64,000 nucleotides of DNA from a virus. Shown here in pieces: positions 39,247-49,300 of this stretch. The position numbers were made by a program, and so were the translations under genes. The notes under the pieces were generated by a model. It searched no databases. It was not told where the DNA came from and saw only the letters and a list, made by a program, of their open reading frames with translations. Within the stretch, counting starts at the first letter, position 1; every line of letters begins with the position of its first letter. Where the stretch lies: positions 64,001 through 128,000 of the IMG/VR virus record IMGVR_UViG_3300018080_005856; one strand, written 5' to 3'.

Positions 39247-40038
39247 ATGAAACAGTATGGAATTAGAATAAAGGGGAAGAAGGGTAATGTAGAAACTCAT
39301 GTTGATGTGTTCCATCTTCCTCTATCTTATATGGACTGGGCTGTGTACTCGGGAAGTGATGAGCTATTTGACCATGCCACAATAAGATATCTCCTTTATC
39401 AATACGTAATAAGAGTGGTTGATAATGGGGTAGAGGTACCAACAGATTCTCTCTTGAAGATGGAAGTTTCTGTCATAGAGAAAGTAATCACCAACCTAAT
39501 AGAGACCTCAATATTCCACAAGCCCGAATCATTCTATGAACTCATAGAGTCATTGGATAAGAAATCAAAGACATTATCTGGCTGCTATGATCTGTTCATT
39601 TTCCAACAACTAGGAGTTGAATCATACCTTCAGCTCATCGAGAGAGATGCATATACCCGGGCTCAAATTATAATGATGATTGAGAAAAGCACGGGTATAA
39701 ATGTAAAAGCAAGGTTCGATGAAGCTGTTTCCAAGGGTATACCTCTGGATCTTATTTCTACCCCAGAACAATATAGAAAGGGAATGAAGCAAAGGGGATT
39801 CTCCAAACCAATGGAGAGAGCTAGGAAATCCCCTCTAGATGCCCATAGGGATGCTTTTGGAGATGCACAAAGGCCACCCAGAGAAGACATGCCATCTAAT
39901 ATAGACTCGATGCTTCAGGAATCTCGTGACTCTCTTGCAGCAGCACTACAGGCTGGGAAGAGAAAACCATCAGGTAAGAAGCCTACATTCGATTGGACAA
40001 AAGACCAAGGGGCATTCGACCAGTTCGACTCGGAGTGA
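39247..40038 (+). CDS. Hypothetical protein, possible second tail chaperone
   Basis: 263 aa, located between the chaperone-like gene and the 2105-aa gene. Confidence 0.45.
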   Translation: MKQYGIRIKGKKGNVETHVDVFHLPLSYMDWAVYSGSDELFDHATIRYLLYQYVIRVVDNGVEVPTDSLLKMEVSVIEKVITNLIETSIFHKPESFYELIESLDKKSKTLSGCYDLFIFQQLGVESYLQLIERDAYTRAQIIMMIEKSTGINVKARFDEAVSKGIPLDLISTPEQYRKGMKQRGFSKPMERARKSPLDAHRDAFGDAQRPPREDMPSNIDSMLQESRDSLAAALQAGKRKPSGKKPTFDWTKDQGAFDQFDSE

Positions 40039-40046
40039 GGTAAACT

Positions 40047-43000
40047 ATGATAGGTGGCCTCCTTAAAATAGCTGGTCAAATGGCAGCATGGGGAGTATCC
40101 GTATCTGCCACAGCTGGTGTTGCAAAATGGATGGGTTCACGGTTATCTCAGGCAGCTACCAACTATGCTGTAAGGGGTGCCCAGAGTATACGGGTCAGAG
40201 ATAGGATAACTAGAGGTCTTCTCACCCATCTTACCGGTAGAGCAAATCCAAAATCTCAAGTAGAGCGTGCAAGAACGCTCATGTCTGCATCCAGAGCTAG
40301 AGCTCACAGCAGTTACAGCCAGGCTATTAGAAGATTCAACGAGAAAGGCCGGAGGAATGCCGGGTTCTTCATGAGAACTATGAGGGATGAAGCTCTGGCT
40401 CTTCCTATGAACTACACAATGTATCGTCTTGAAAGACACAAGGCTGTAAGTCCAGAGGAACGAGAGCAGACCGAATCATTCCGAAAGTGGTATATGGGAA
40501 CTCCAATGGCAATGAGTGTTGGCATTGGCTTTGCTATGGAAAGAATGCGCCATGGGAGAACAATGCGGGCAGCCACAGCTAAGCTTGCCAAGAAGCTTGG
40601 TTCATCTAGGGTTAAATCTGCCCTGAGACCTTTTGCTACACATGGTGGATCAAGCTCAAAGGCCTTATATAGTGCTGGCAAAACCTACCAGAACGTAACT
40701 TCAAGATTGGGAAGAATGGCTAGGGCCAAATTCGTGGCTACAGAAGGAAGGCCCATGCTTGGTATGCTAGGTACAATGGGGCCAGTAGCTCTTACAAAGA
40801 AGATATGGGATGCATATAAGAGTGAGGTAGTTCACGTAGCTGGAGGAGATAGGTCTGTATTTCTTGATAGAGTTATGCGAGATCATGAAAGTCTTCTAGA
40901 GACCACTAAGCAAATGTCCCTAAGAAGAGTAGCAGATGGTGAATTCTCAAACAAAGAAGCGTCAGCGTATGTTAAAACTATGACTTCCAAGATATCTGAT
41001 CTTACCCGTATGAGGGTAGACAAATTCAGAGATAAGATAGTTTCCAAGAACAGGTTTACACAGTTCTGGAATAACATGGTCAAGAGTCTTAAAGATCCGT
41101 CAGCTCAGTTAAACCCAGAGATGATGCAGGTAGATGGTAAGTGGTCAAAGGTACTCAACCGCAATGAGACCATACCAACCGGAAGATACATACTGGGCGG
41201 TAAGATGAACGAGAATGGTCTTATCACTGGTGGGACCACAATAGACTTTGGTGCACTCTCCATAGCTCGTGTCAAAGATATGGCACTCGGAATGGCCACC
41301 AAAGGTACAATGGGTAAGTTTCTACATCTATTTGGTGCTCGAGATGTGTTGGCTGCTAAAGATAGTGAACACGCTATGGTAGGTGCCGTTACAATGACCG
41401 GAAGTAACCCTCTATACTTTCCTATGGCATACTTTGATGAAAGCGGGGAATATTCTGCCAAAGATATTATGGCACAAATGATGGGATTCCATGATTACGG
41501 CTCAGCTCAGAAAGCCGATAGAACAAAGATAGAGGACTTCCTTAATACCCGTCTTGACATATATCAAAGAGAATATGGTATAAAAGATGACAGACAAATA
41601 TTAGAGAAGGCATTTCTGGCATCAGCTAGGCATGGTGAGCTAAAGATGAAAGCAGACGATATGCTGATTCATCAGCCTGGAGGAAGACTTCAGATACTCA
41701 CTATGCAAAAGAAGGATCAAATGTGGCAACCTCTTTCCGTGGATGTCGGAGGATTCAATGGTCAGTTGCTAGAGTTCATGAAGTTCACAAGGGAACATGA
41801 TAGCGTTCCTGCTAAGCTAATACGCAGTTTCACCGGTTATGAGAAAGCATCATACACTGCTGCTGCTGGTGGAGTCGTTGACGTAACCCATGGAATAGGC
41901 ATGCTTGGTAAAATAGTAGATGCTGCATCTATGGAAGAACAACAGGGGTTGATGTACAAACTAAAGAACCTGTTAGACTTTGGATATGCTCAAGATAGGT
42001 CGATATTTACCAGGGTAAAATCCATATTTACCAAACATACTGACCCGAGGTACCCAACTACATTCTTCTCCAAGGACTTTGTAGGATCTCCTGAATGGAA
42101 AGATAAGCTTATCAGAGGAGAGCGAAGTAGAGAGGACCTAGTAGAATTCTTCAGGACCCAGGCTGACAATGCTATGAATGAGTATTGGCAAGGTGCTGTA
42201 AGGAGATACGGGGGGTCAGATGAAGTTGTGCAAGTGTTCAAAGAGCTGAGCCAAAAACATGCAGACAAAGGCATGGGTGGATTTGCTGATTACATGATTA
42301 CTAAGAATACAAGTGTAGGCGAAGCCAAAAGAACCGTAGATGATCTGTTAGAAGCCATCAAGGCATTTCCAGATATAGACTCTGACCCAGGAGAGCTCAG
42401 AAGGCACTTTATGTTCAGAGATATAGAAGATCTCAAAGCGATAAGAAGAATGTTTACCGCCCCCACTGGTAAAACAGTTCTGGACGTAATGGGTCATATA
42501 TCATCCAGAAGAAGAACAGTATTCGGGGGAAGATGGACAGCACCTAACAAGCTCGATGAATATAATGCTCTAGTTCTCAGATTGGAAACTGGGATATATC
42601 AAAGTGGAAGACTACCCGTAGTTCCGGAAACCAGTAAGATGATAGGAGTCATGAGAGACTTTGGTGATTTGCCGGCACCATTGACAAATGCAGAAAGGTC
42701 AGCATGGTATGCCGGTTCTCATTTGGCCAGGGAGTATCACAACCTGGCTTCTATAGTAAATGAAGCAACTGAGGGAGCCCTATCTGATAATTCCAAGGGA
42801 AGAATAATGGGAATATTAGACAGCGTTGCCAATGTGAATGGAGCAACCTATAAGGACATCACAAGATACTATAGGAAACGGAAAAGGTTCGCACCGTGGG
42901 CCATGTGGGATTATGACCACAGAATGAAGTGGGAAGATTCGCACAATGTCAAGACGGGAATATACCTTGTACCTAAGAAAACTACACACGGGTTTGTCAG

Positions 43001-46000
43001 CAAGGAAACTGTTCCTCTTGGTAGCGGTGAGGAACTGAGTATAGCTCGAGGAGTAATGGATGCATCAAACATATCAGTAATGAGTATGTTTCATGCATTT
43101 AACCGGGCTGCTTCTGAAATGTTGGGAATAGGTTTCGATGAAACAAATCTGAGTACCCCATTCCAGTACTTTGAGAAGATGTTGTTTCAGAGAGTAGTTC
43201 CATTTACAGCCATGTATATGGGCTATAGCGTGCTAGACCGACTGGCAGATAGATACATGGACGGCACCCCTTTCGGTGAGGGGCTTACAACATTTGGAGC
43301 TAATGTTCTAGCTGGAGCAAGAGTAGGCGCGCAAGGGTTCCTAGATGTTACCGGGGCTACTGGTATAGCGTCATATATGGAAGATTTGATGCCAGGTATT
43401 GTCACTTCTCCTATGGGTGGTCTGACGAGAGGTATTGCTCCTCTGGGTGCTGGAATGTCTATAGGGATGAGAATGGCTGGACCTAGAGGTGCCCTGACTG
43501 GTGGCATCGTAGGATCTGCCGTTAGCATGCTAGTAGGTGGCGGGCCATTAGGTGCCTTTGGAATGTGGGACATAAGTAAGACTAGATCAGAACTGGTTCA
43601 AGAGCTCCTGGGAGAGAAACAGGTTCCTGTAAGAAAGGGAAGATGGTGGGAGTTATCATCGAGCCCCTTCGAGGGAACAAGAATACAATATTACAGGCCA
43701 CATATATATTCTCTCATGAGATCTGATTACAAGGAAACTCCCGGGTTTAAGGACTCGCTGTTTACTGAAATGGTAGGTAATATAGCACCAGACTGGTACG
43801 CTATGAAGAACTACTATTCTAGGCCATACCCAGTAACGGCAGGGCTTTTCTCAAACCTTCCTGTATTTGGTAACATGTTTGATCTCATGGCATCTACTAC
43901 CAGTCTAGGCCGCCTAGCCTCTTTAAGAGGCATACCTATGCATCGCGGAGAAGAATCTCCTCTATACATGCAGAGGATGGGGGAGGAAACAGGGTTTAGT
44001 TCAGAAACAGTGGCAAGAGACTTCGTATCCAGGGAGGGATATTTCTCTCAAACAGATGGTTCAGCCGGCACATCTGTAGGAGCTATGATGAGTTCTTATA
44101 CTGGACAAAGTCCAGTTCAGGCAGGAACTACTGCTAATTATACTGCAGCACCAATGATGAGGTCCTCCTTTGAATGGGGACTTGGTGAATCTGTCGAGAA
44201 TGTAAAGGATATAGTAGGTATCAGAGGTTTTATGCTAGGCTCTATGTTCGAAAACATGACAGGGCGCAAGAGTTTATTCGATTATGCTCCGCAGCTTGCA
44301 TCTCCAGTTGAGATACCCGGCATACAGCGTGAATATTGGGACTACGAGCTTGGAGGCATCCTTGGGATGTCTGAGATCATACGTAGGTATATAAACCCAA
44401 AGCGCGGGAATATGGAAATATACAACCCTATAAGAAATACTATGCCGCCATGGCTCCCGGGGCATGATTATTATATAGATTTCCAGCACGGGGATCCATA
44501 TACTATGGTTCCCATGGGAGAGGCTCGTCTTCCTGGCGCCTCATACGAAACTCTACATGATGTTGATCTTACTATGCCTATAACCTCAGAAATCATGGGA
44601 GAGAGTGCTGAAACTCAGGCATCATATTATCTGGGCATACCAAACTATATGGCAGAAAGAAACCGCGCTATGGAGGTTGCTAAGGAGATTGCTATAAGCT
44701 ATAGGGCAGATGCACAGAAATACGGTGAACTCTTATCAGAAGAGAGAACTGTATACAATGTAAACTTTGATGCATCAGCTACTGTAGACGCAATAGTGTC
44801 CCAAAAGAGGTCAGGAAGTTATATACCGGTAAAAGTAGTACCAAAGGGATTTGCCGGCCAATCTAATCTGAACGCCTTTCTCGTTATGGCCGATGTTGAT
44901 AAGGGTATCCTAGTGGAGGTAGACCCTAGAAGTGGAGGTATATCTGAAAGAATAGTCAAGAAAGACGTAAAGAGGTTCACACGGGATATAAAGGCGGCTA
45001 CCGCCGCCAGGACCCTAGCCTATAACCAAGTAACCTCTTTAGAGGACGAAAACAAAGCATTCAACCTAGCTAACGCATACTCATGGTTTGACAGATATAG
45101 AATTCTGGCCGACGTGGCTCATTATTCAAGAGAATACAGAGAAGCCAAAAGTATTGTGCGCAAACAGATAAATGCAGGCAGGTTACCAGTTGATAAGATC
45201 TCTGAATTCGAGATGATAGAAGAACAGGTAGAGAATAAGAAGAAGGCATTCGAGTTCTCTGAATATAGATTTAAAGATCTAGGGGAGGGGCTGACTCCGT
45301 ACACTAAGGCCCGGGACAGGTTCGTTGAAGACGAATATAATACTCTAGAACAGAATGTAGGTGCTCTATGGGAAAGAGCTTCACACATAAGAAATCCACT
45401 GCAGAGTAAGTTCTATCATAACCTGGATGCATTAGAGGAATATGAAAGGAATGCAATATATGGTAAAACACTAAAGATGTGGCAAAACCCTATAGAAGAC
45501 TGGGTAAAGTCATACTATCTTAGTGCAGTTGGTGAGGATAACCCGGTGCAGGCCTCTGTTAACTGGGCCACTGCTGGATATCTTTTGGGAGGGGGCCCTC
45601 TAGCAGCACTAGGAGCAAGTGCCGGTGGCGCCTTCACAAGCATAATGAATCTTGGAGATGAGGCTTACATACCCGAGAGGACAATGAAAGTCCGGGATAT
45701 TGTATCCCAAGCTGATGCAGTAAAGTACTCAAAGTACATGAAACTGTATCAGGAGACTGGGGATGAGCAGTACTTATCGAAAGCCAATCGTACTCTAACA
45801 GGAAAGTCATTGGAGGGAGAAGCTCTTACAGCCAGGAAGATAGGCAGATCATTAGGCCGCCCAGAGAAAGACTATGTTGAAGATATCATAAACAATGTTA
45901 CCAGATCAAACATATCCCGGGTAACACAGTTACTACCTACTCCAGCAGTTGCATCAGTTTACCATACAATGGGAGAAGTAGGTTATGCTGAAGATATGAT

Positions 46001-46364
46001 GAGACAATTCAGCCGTGCCCAGAAGGAAAGATATGTTCCGAGTATGGATTCTCCCATATATTCAGCTGATGTTCCTATAGAGGCGCCAATAATCTCTTCG
46101 TTCGAGCAGGAGGGTCTTAATGCTCATGATGCAGGATATGGCTGGTATAGCCAGATGGCTCAGATAGAGAGACTAAAATCTATGGGTGTATATGGTGGGG
46201 AAGGTATATATAATGAATTCGGTAGTCGTGTTTCAGTTAAAAGCTTTGAGAGATCTCTCAGTACGACTGAGTCTATTAGGAAATTACTGTCTAGATTCAG
46301 TACAAATGTACAAATAACTCAGGACGGTTCCGATAGAGTAGAAGTTGAGATAATAACGAGGTAG
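40047..46364 (+). CDS. Tape-measure-position / ejected virion protein with TM-like segments and a degenerate PD-(D/E)xK domain
   Basis: 2105 aa, helical and basic, with Gly/Ala-rich hydrophobic stretches (about 43190-43570 and 45560-45650). Contains EERTVY..SATVDAIV..YIPVK..QSNLNAFL..KGILVEVD. Confidence 0.6.
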   Translation: MIGGLLKIAGQMAAWGVSVSATAGVAKWMGSRLSQAATNYAVRGAQSIRVRDRITRGLLTHLTGRANPKSQVERARTLMSASRARAHSSYSQAIRRFNEKGRRNAGFFMRTMRDEALALPMNYTMYRLERHKAVSPEEREQTESFRKWYMGTPMAMSVGIGFAMERMRHGRTMRAATAKLAKKLGSSRVKSALRPFATHGGSSSKALYSAGKTYQNVTSRLGRMARAKFVATEGRPMLGMLGTMGPVALTKKIWDAYKSEVVHVAGGDRSVFLDRVMRDHESLLETTKQMSLRRVADGEFSNKEASAYVKTMTSKISDLTRMRVDKFRDKIVSKNRFTQFWNNMVKSLKDPSAQLNPEMMQVDGKWSKVLNRNETIPTGRYILGGKMNENGLITGGTTIDFGALSIARVKDMALGMATKGTMGKFLHLFGARDVLAAKDSEHAMVGAVTMTGSNPLYFPMAYFDESGEYSAKDIMAQMMGFHDYGSAQKADRTKIEDFLNTRLDIYQREYGIKDDRQILEKAFLASARHGELKMKADDMLIHQPGGRLQILTMQKKDQMWQPLSVDVGGFNGQLLEFMKFTREHDSVPAKLIRSFTGYEKASYTAAAGGVVDVTHGIGMLGKIVDAASMEEQQGLMYKLKNLLDFGYAQDRSIFTRVKSIFTKHTDPRYPTTFFSKDFVGSPEWKDKLIRGERSREDLVEFFRTQADNAMNEYWQGAVRRYGGSDEVVQVFKELSQKHADKGMGGFADYMITKNTSVGEAKRTVDDLLEAIKAFPDIDSDPGELRRHFMFRDIEDLKAIRRMFTAPTGKTVLDVMGHISSRRRTVFGGRWTAPNKLDEYNALVLRLETGIYQSGRLPVVPETSKMIGVMRDFGDLPAPLTNAERSAWYAGSHLAREYHNLASIVNEATEGALSDNSKGRIMGILDSVANVNGATYKDITRYYRKRKRFAPWAMWDYDHRMKWEDSHNVKTGIYLVPKKTTHGFVSKETVPLGSGEELSIARGVMDASNISVMSMFHAFNRAASEMLGIGFDETNLSTPFQYFEKMLFQRVVPFTAMYMGYSVLDRLADRYMDGTPFGEGLTTFGANVLAGARVGAQGFLDVTGATGIASYMEDLMPGIVTSPMGGLTRGIAPLGAGMSIGMRMAGPRGALTGGIVGSAVSMLVGGGPLGAFGMWDISKTRSELVQELLGEKQVPVRKGRWWELSSSPFEGTRIQYYRPHIYSLMRSDYKETPGFKDSLFTEMVGNIAPDWYAMKNYYSRPYPVTAGLFSNLPVFGNMFDLMASTTSLGRLASLRGIPMHRGEESPLYMQRMGEETGFSSETVARDFVSREGYFSQTDGSAGTSVGAMMSSYTGQSPVQAGTTANYTAAPMMRSSFEWGLGESVENVKDIVGIRGFMLGSMFENMTGRKSLFDYAPQLASPVEIPGIQREYWDYELGGILGMSEIIRRYINPKRGNMEIYNPIRNTMPPWLPGHDYYIDFQHGDPYTMVPMGEARLPGASYETLHDVDLTMPITSEIMGESAETQASYYLGIPNYMAERNRAMEVAKEIAISYRADAQKYGELLSEERTVYNVNFDASATVDAIVSQKRSGSYIPVKVVPKGFAGQSNLNAFLVMADVDKGILVEVDPRSGGISERIVKKDVKRFTRDIKAATAARTLAYNQVTSLEDENKAFNLANAYSWFDRYRILADVAHYSREYREAKSIVRKQINAGRLPVDKISEFEMIEEQVENKKKAFEFSEYRFKDLGEGLTPYTKARDRFVEDEYNTLEQNVGALWERASHIRNPLQSKFYHNLDALEEYERNAIYGKTLKMWQNPIEDWVKSYYLSAVGEDNPVQASVNWATAGYLLGGGPLAALGASAGGAFTSIMNLGDEAYIPERTMKVRDIVSQADAVKYSKYMKLYQETGDEQYLSKANRTLTGKSLEGEALTARKIGRSLGRPEKDYVEDIINNVTRSNISRVTQLLPTPAVASVYHTMGEVGYAEDMMRQFSRAQKERYVPSMDSPIYSADVPIEAPIISSFEQEGLNAHDAGYGWYSQMAQIERLKSMGVYGGEGIYNEFGSRVSVKSFERSLSTTESIRKLLSRFSTNVQITQDGSDRVEVEIITR

Positions 46365-46366
46365 TA

Positions 46367-49300
46367 ATGGCATTTACAGACCCCAGAAGGGCAATAGCGA
46401 AGGCTGAACAGGGAGAAATGTCTGAATTCAGTACCATAAAGAACCTTGGTCTGATAGGAATGATATCTGTTACTGGTATACGGCTTAGTAATTACATGGA
46501 ACGTCAAAGAGCGGCCATAGAGGAAAACGTCCTAAGAGCAAAAACAGAGATAGAAAGAGCTGCTCTTATCTTTACTGACGATACTAATATGAAACTGAAT
46601 ACCAAGGAAGGTACAGTAAGTCGAGTAGAGTACATAGATACCGGTGAAGGTTATGACCCTATGGCTGAGTGGCAAGCGTTAAAGGAGAAAGGACTAAGTG
46701 AACCAGCTCCATTCACCGACACGATGATGCCAGCTGAGATGTCAGATGAATTATATGAACAGGCAAAGTTGGTAGATGATCTCAATATGAGACTTGCCGG
46801 CAGGGAACCAATGACTGCCAGTGAAGCAAGTCAATCTATGGCAAGATATAGGAGACTGAGTGATAGACTCCAAAAGGAGTACCCTGGATTACAAGCTTCC
46901 GTAGAAAGTGTAGAAGGTTTACGAATAACAAAGGTTACAGAAACTGGTACAGACTTTCTGATGCATGTACATGATGGTGTACGTCACGAGGTCATAAACC
47001 TACCTAAGTGGTCATCTGGTATATTGTCATGGGGTGGTAATATGTATGCTACCAAACAACCAGCCCAGATAACGGGAAATATGATACAGGTGGGCGGCAC
47101 AATAGAGAATGTTATCAAGAGAGTAGCGGAAAGATTAAGAAAAGGAACATTTGGAAGAGTAGGAAAAGCCAGAGAACTAAGGGATATAATAAGAAACCAA
47201 CTGCACGTAAACATAGGCAAACTAGTAGATGGCCATAGTATAAAGCATTTACTGACCAAGGAGGTCAGCTTTGAATCTCTGGCAGCAAAGTTTGGTGGAA
47301 AACCATCAGAAGCAGGTTCCCAAGCTAGGGAATGGGTAGCTTCTCTAACAGATAGGCTCAGTGTATATGCTAAAACAGGGCCGGGCCTCAGAAGACTGGA
47401 CAAGATATTTCCAGGTAATATACCTACAATAAGTCTTACATCATCATCAGAGGCTTCTTTCGTAAAAGGCTTTAACATGAGAACCAGGCTGCCATACGGC
47501 GTTGGACCATTGGATACACGAGCCAAAGCATCAACCACAAGGGCTAACTACATAAAGGGAAAATATATGTTTGACGCTCGTATGAGTCCAACAAAGGTTG
47601 CCTCCAAACTTGGGCCTCTTCCCATGGATGCTGCAGATCTACTATCTAAGGAAATGGTGGAAGGGCTCCCTGGTGGATTTATGAACATGGGAGTATATCT
47701 TGGAAAGGGGGAGATAGAAAAGTTAGGACCTGGTGGTGGTGTATATTTGCTAAGGAACCTGATGGATCCTACTGGACAAATGTCAGAAGACTTGCTGAAT
47801 GCCAGAGAGTTCGATGGTGTAAGAGAACGTGTGCATAGAATTCCTATAACTAGCAGACAGGAAGGGATGCAAATCCTGAGGGATATGAAAGCTATGATAG
47901 GAGATAAGAAAGAGCTCATTCTCAGAAAAGGTTCTCAGATAGGCCCGATAGGCTCACCGAGAGCCGTAGTAATGGATGAAAGACAGAAAGTTACCTATAC
48001 TAATATCATAGAAGATGAATTGATAATAAGGACAGAAGCAGACAGACCTCTTGGACTCATGACAAAAGCCACCCAGAGTAAAGTTATGATTCAGAGAGTA
48101 GAAATGGCCGGAACATCTTCTGAACTATTTTCCTCGCTACATCCGGAATCTACGCTAATAGGAAAGATGGTGCAACAGACAAAAGCAGCACAGCTTGGTG
48201 CAGAAATGCTCGTGAACATGGATGCCCTAATGAAATATCAAGGGGGTGGCCTAGGATGGGGAATTATCCAAAAGACCATGTCCGACCTCATAAACCTAAA
48301 GAAAGCTGAGATAGCTCGAATACATAAGGAGAATGCCTCTAAGATATTACCAACAGAGATGAAGAAATTAGAGGGGGAGCTTAAGGACCTCCTGAGAACA
48401 TTCTTAGGGGCTGATATAGATAACGTTGTACATAGTGTAGGTATAGTCCAGGATGCCAATAGACCATATATCATTCTAAAGGGTGCCGATCAGATGCCAT
48501 CAGGGGTAGCAGCAACTATGGCAGACCCCGCATTCTACAAACTCATCGATATAGAAGACGCATTCTTTAAAGCATCAGCAGGGGATTGGAGCAAACTAGA
48601 AGAGTATGAAAGAAGAGTTTCCACACATGCAAAGAATGTAGGATTACCACAGTATCGCATGATCACTACTGTGAGTAATGTAGAACGAGAAATGGCAAGC
48701 ATGGTGGAAAAGTCAGAACAGTTCATGCCCACTATAGTCAGAACCAGATTATCTAAGGGAGGAAAAGTAGGTCATAAAATGATATGGGCAATGGCCCAAG
48801 TCCCATGGATGACCCACCAGCAGAATGCCTATGAGTATGCTAGATTTGGTGGGCTAGTACGTTCCAAGGGTGGATACAGTGGGGGGTTTAGATCAACACT
48901 TGATCACTACGAAATAGCCAAAACGGCTGGTTGGCATCAATATGCCAGGTATCTGGATATGCTTATGGATCATGATATGGACTATATCAGAGATAAAATG
49001 TATACAGCTGAAGCCATGCTACTAGGTCCCAAAGCGTCATTACAGAAGCCACCCATAGGGACTATAAACGTTAGTGGGATGACAGTCATAAAGCAAGCCC
49101 AGCTGAACCAAACCGGTATAAACAAGCGTCTTGCCGAGTACAATTTCCATGAAGGAGCAATGAAATATGCCGGAATATGGAGAGTACACCATAGCAATTT
49201 ATCTGGACTGCAGGGAGCTATAGATGATCCAGAAGTGAAACATCTAATAGATGATGGAATTATCCAGTTTGATGACCTGAGGACTACCGCGCACGCTGCG

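Noticed and set aside
39226-39249. Chaperone-like ORFs 38644..39237 and 39247..40038 are in the same frame; possible G/GT-type frameshift or readthrough
   Set aside because: No XXXYYYZ slippery site seen near the stop, TAA is a poor readthrough codon, and the second ORF has its own ATG.
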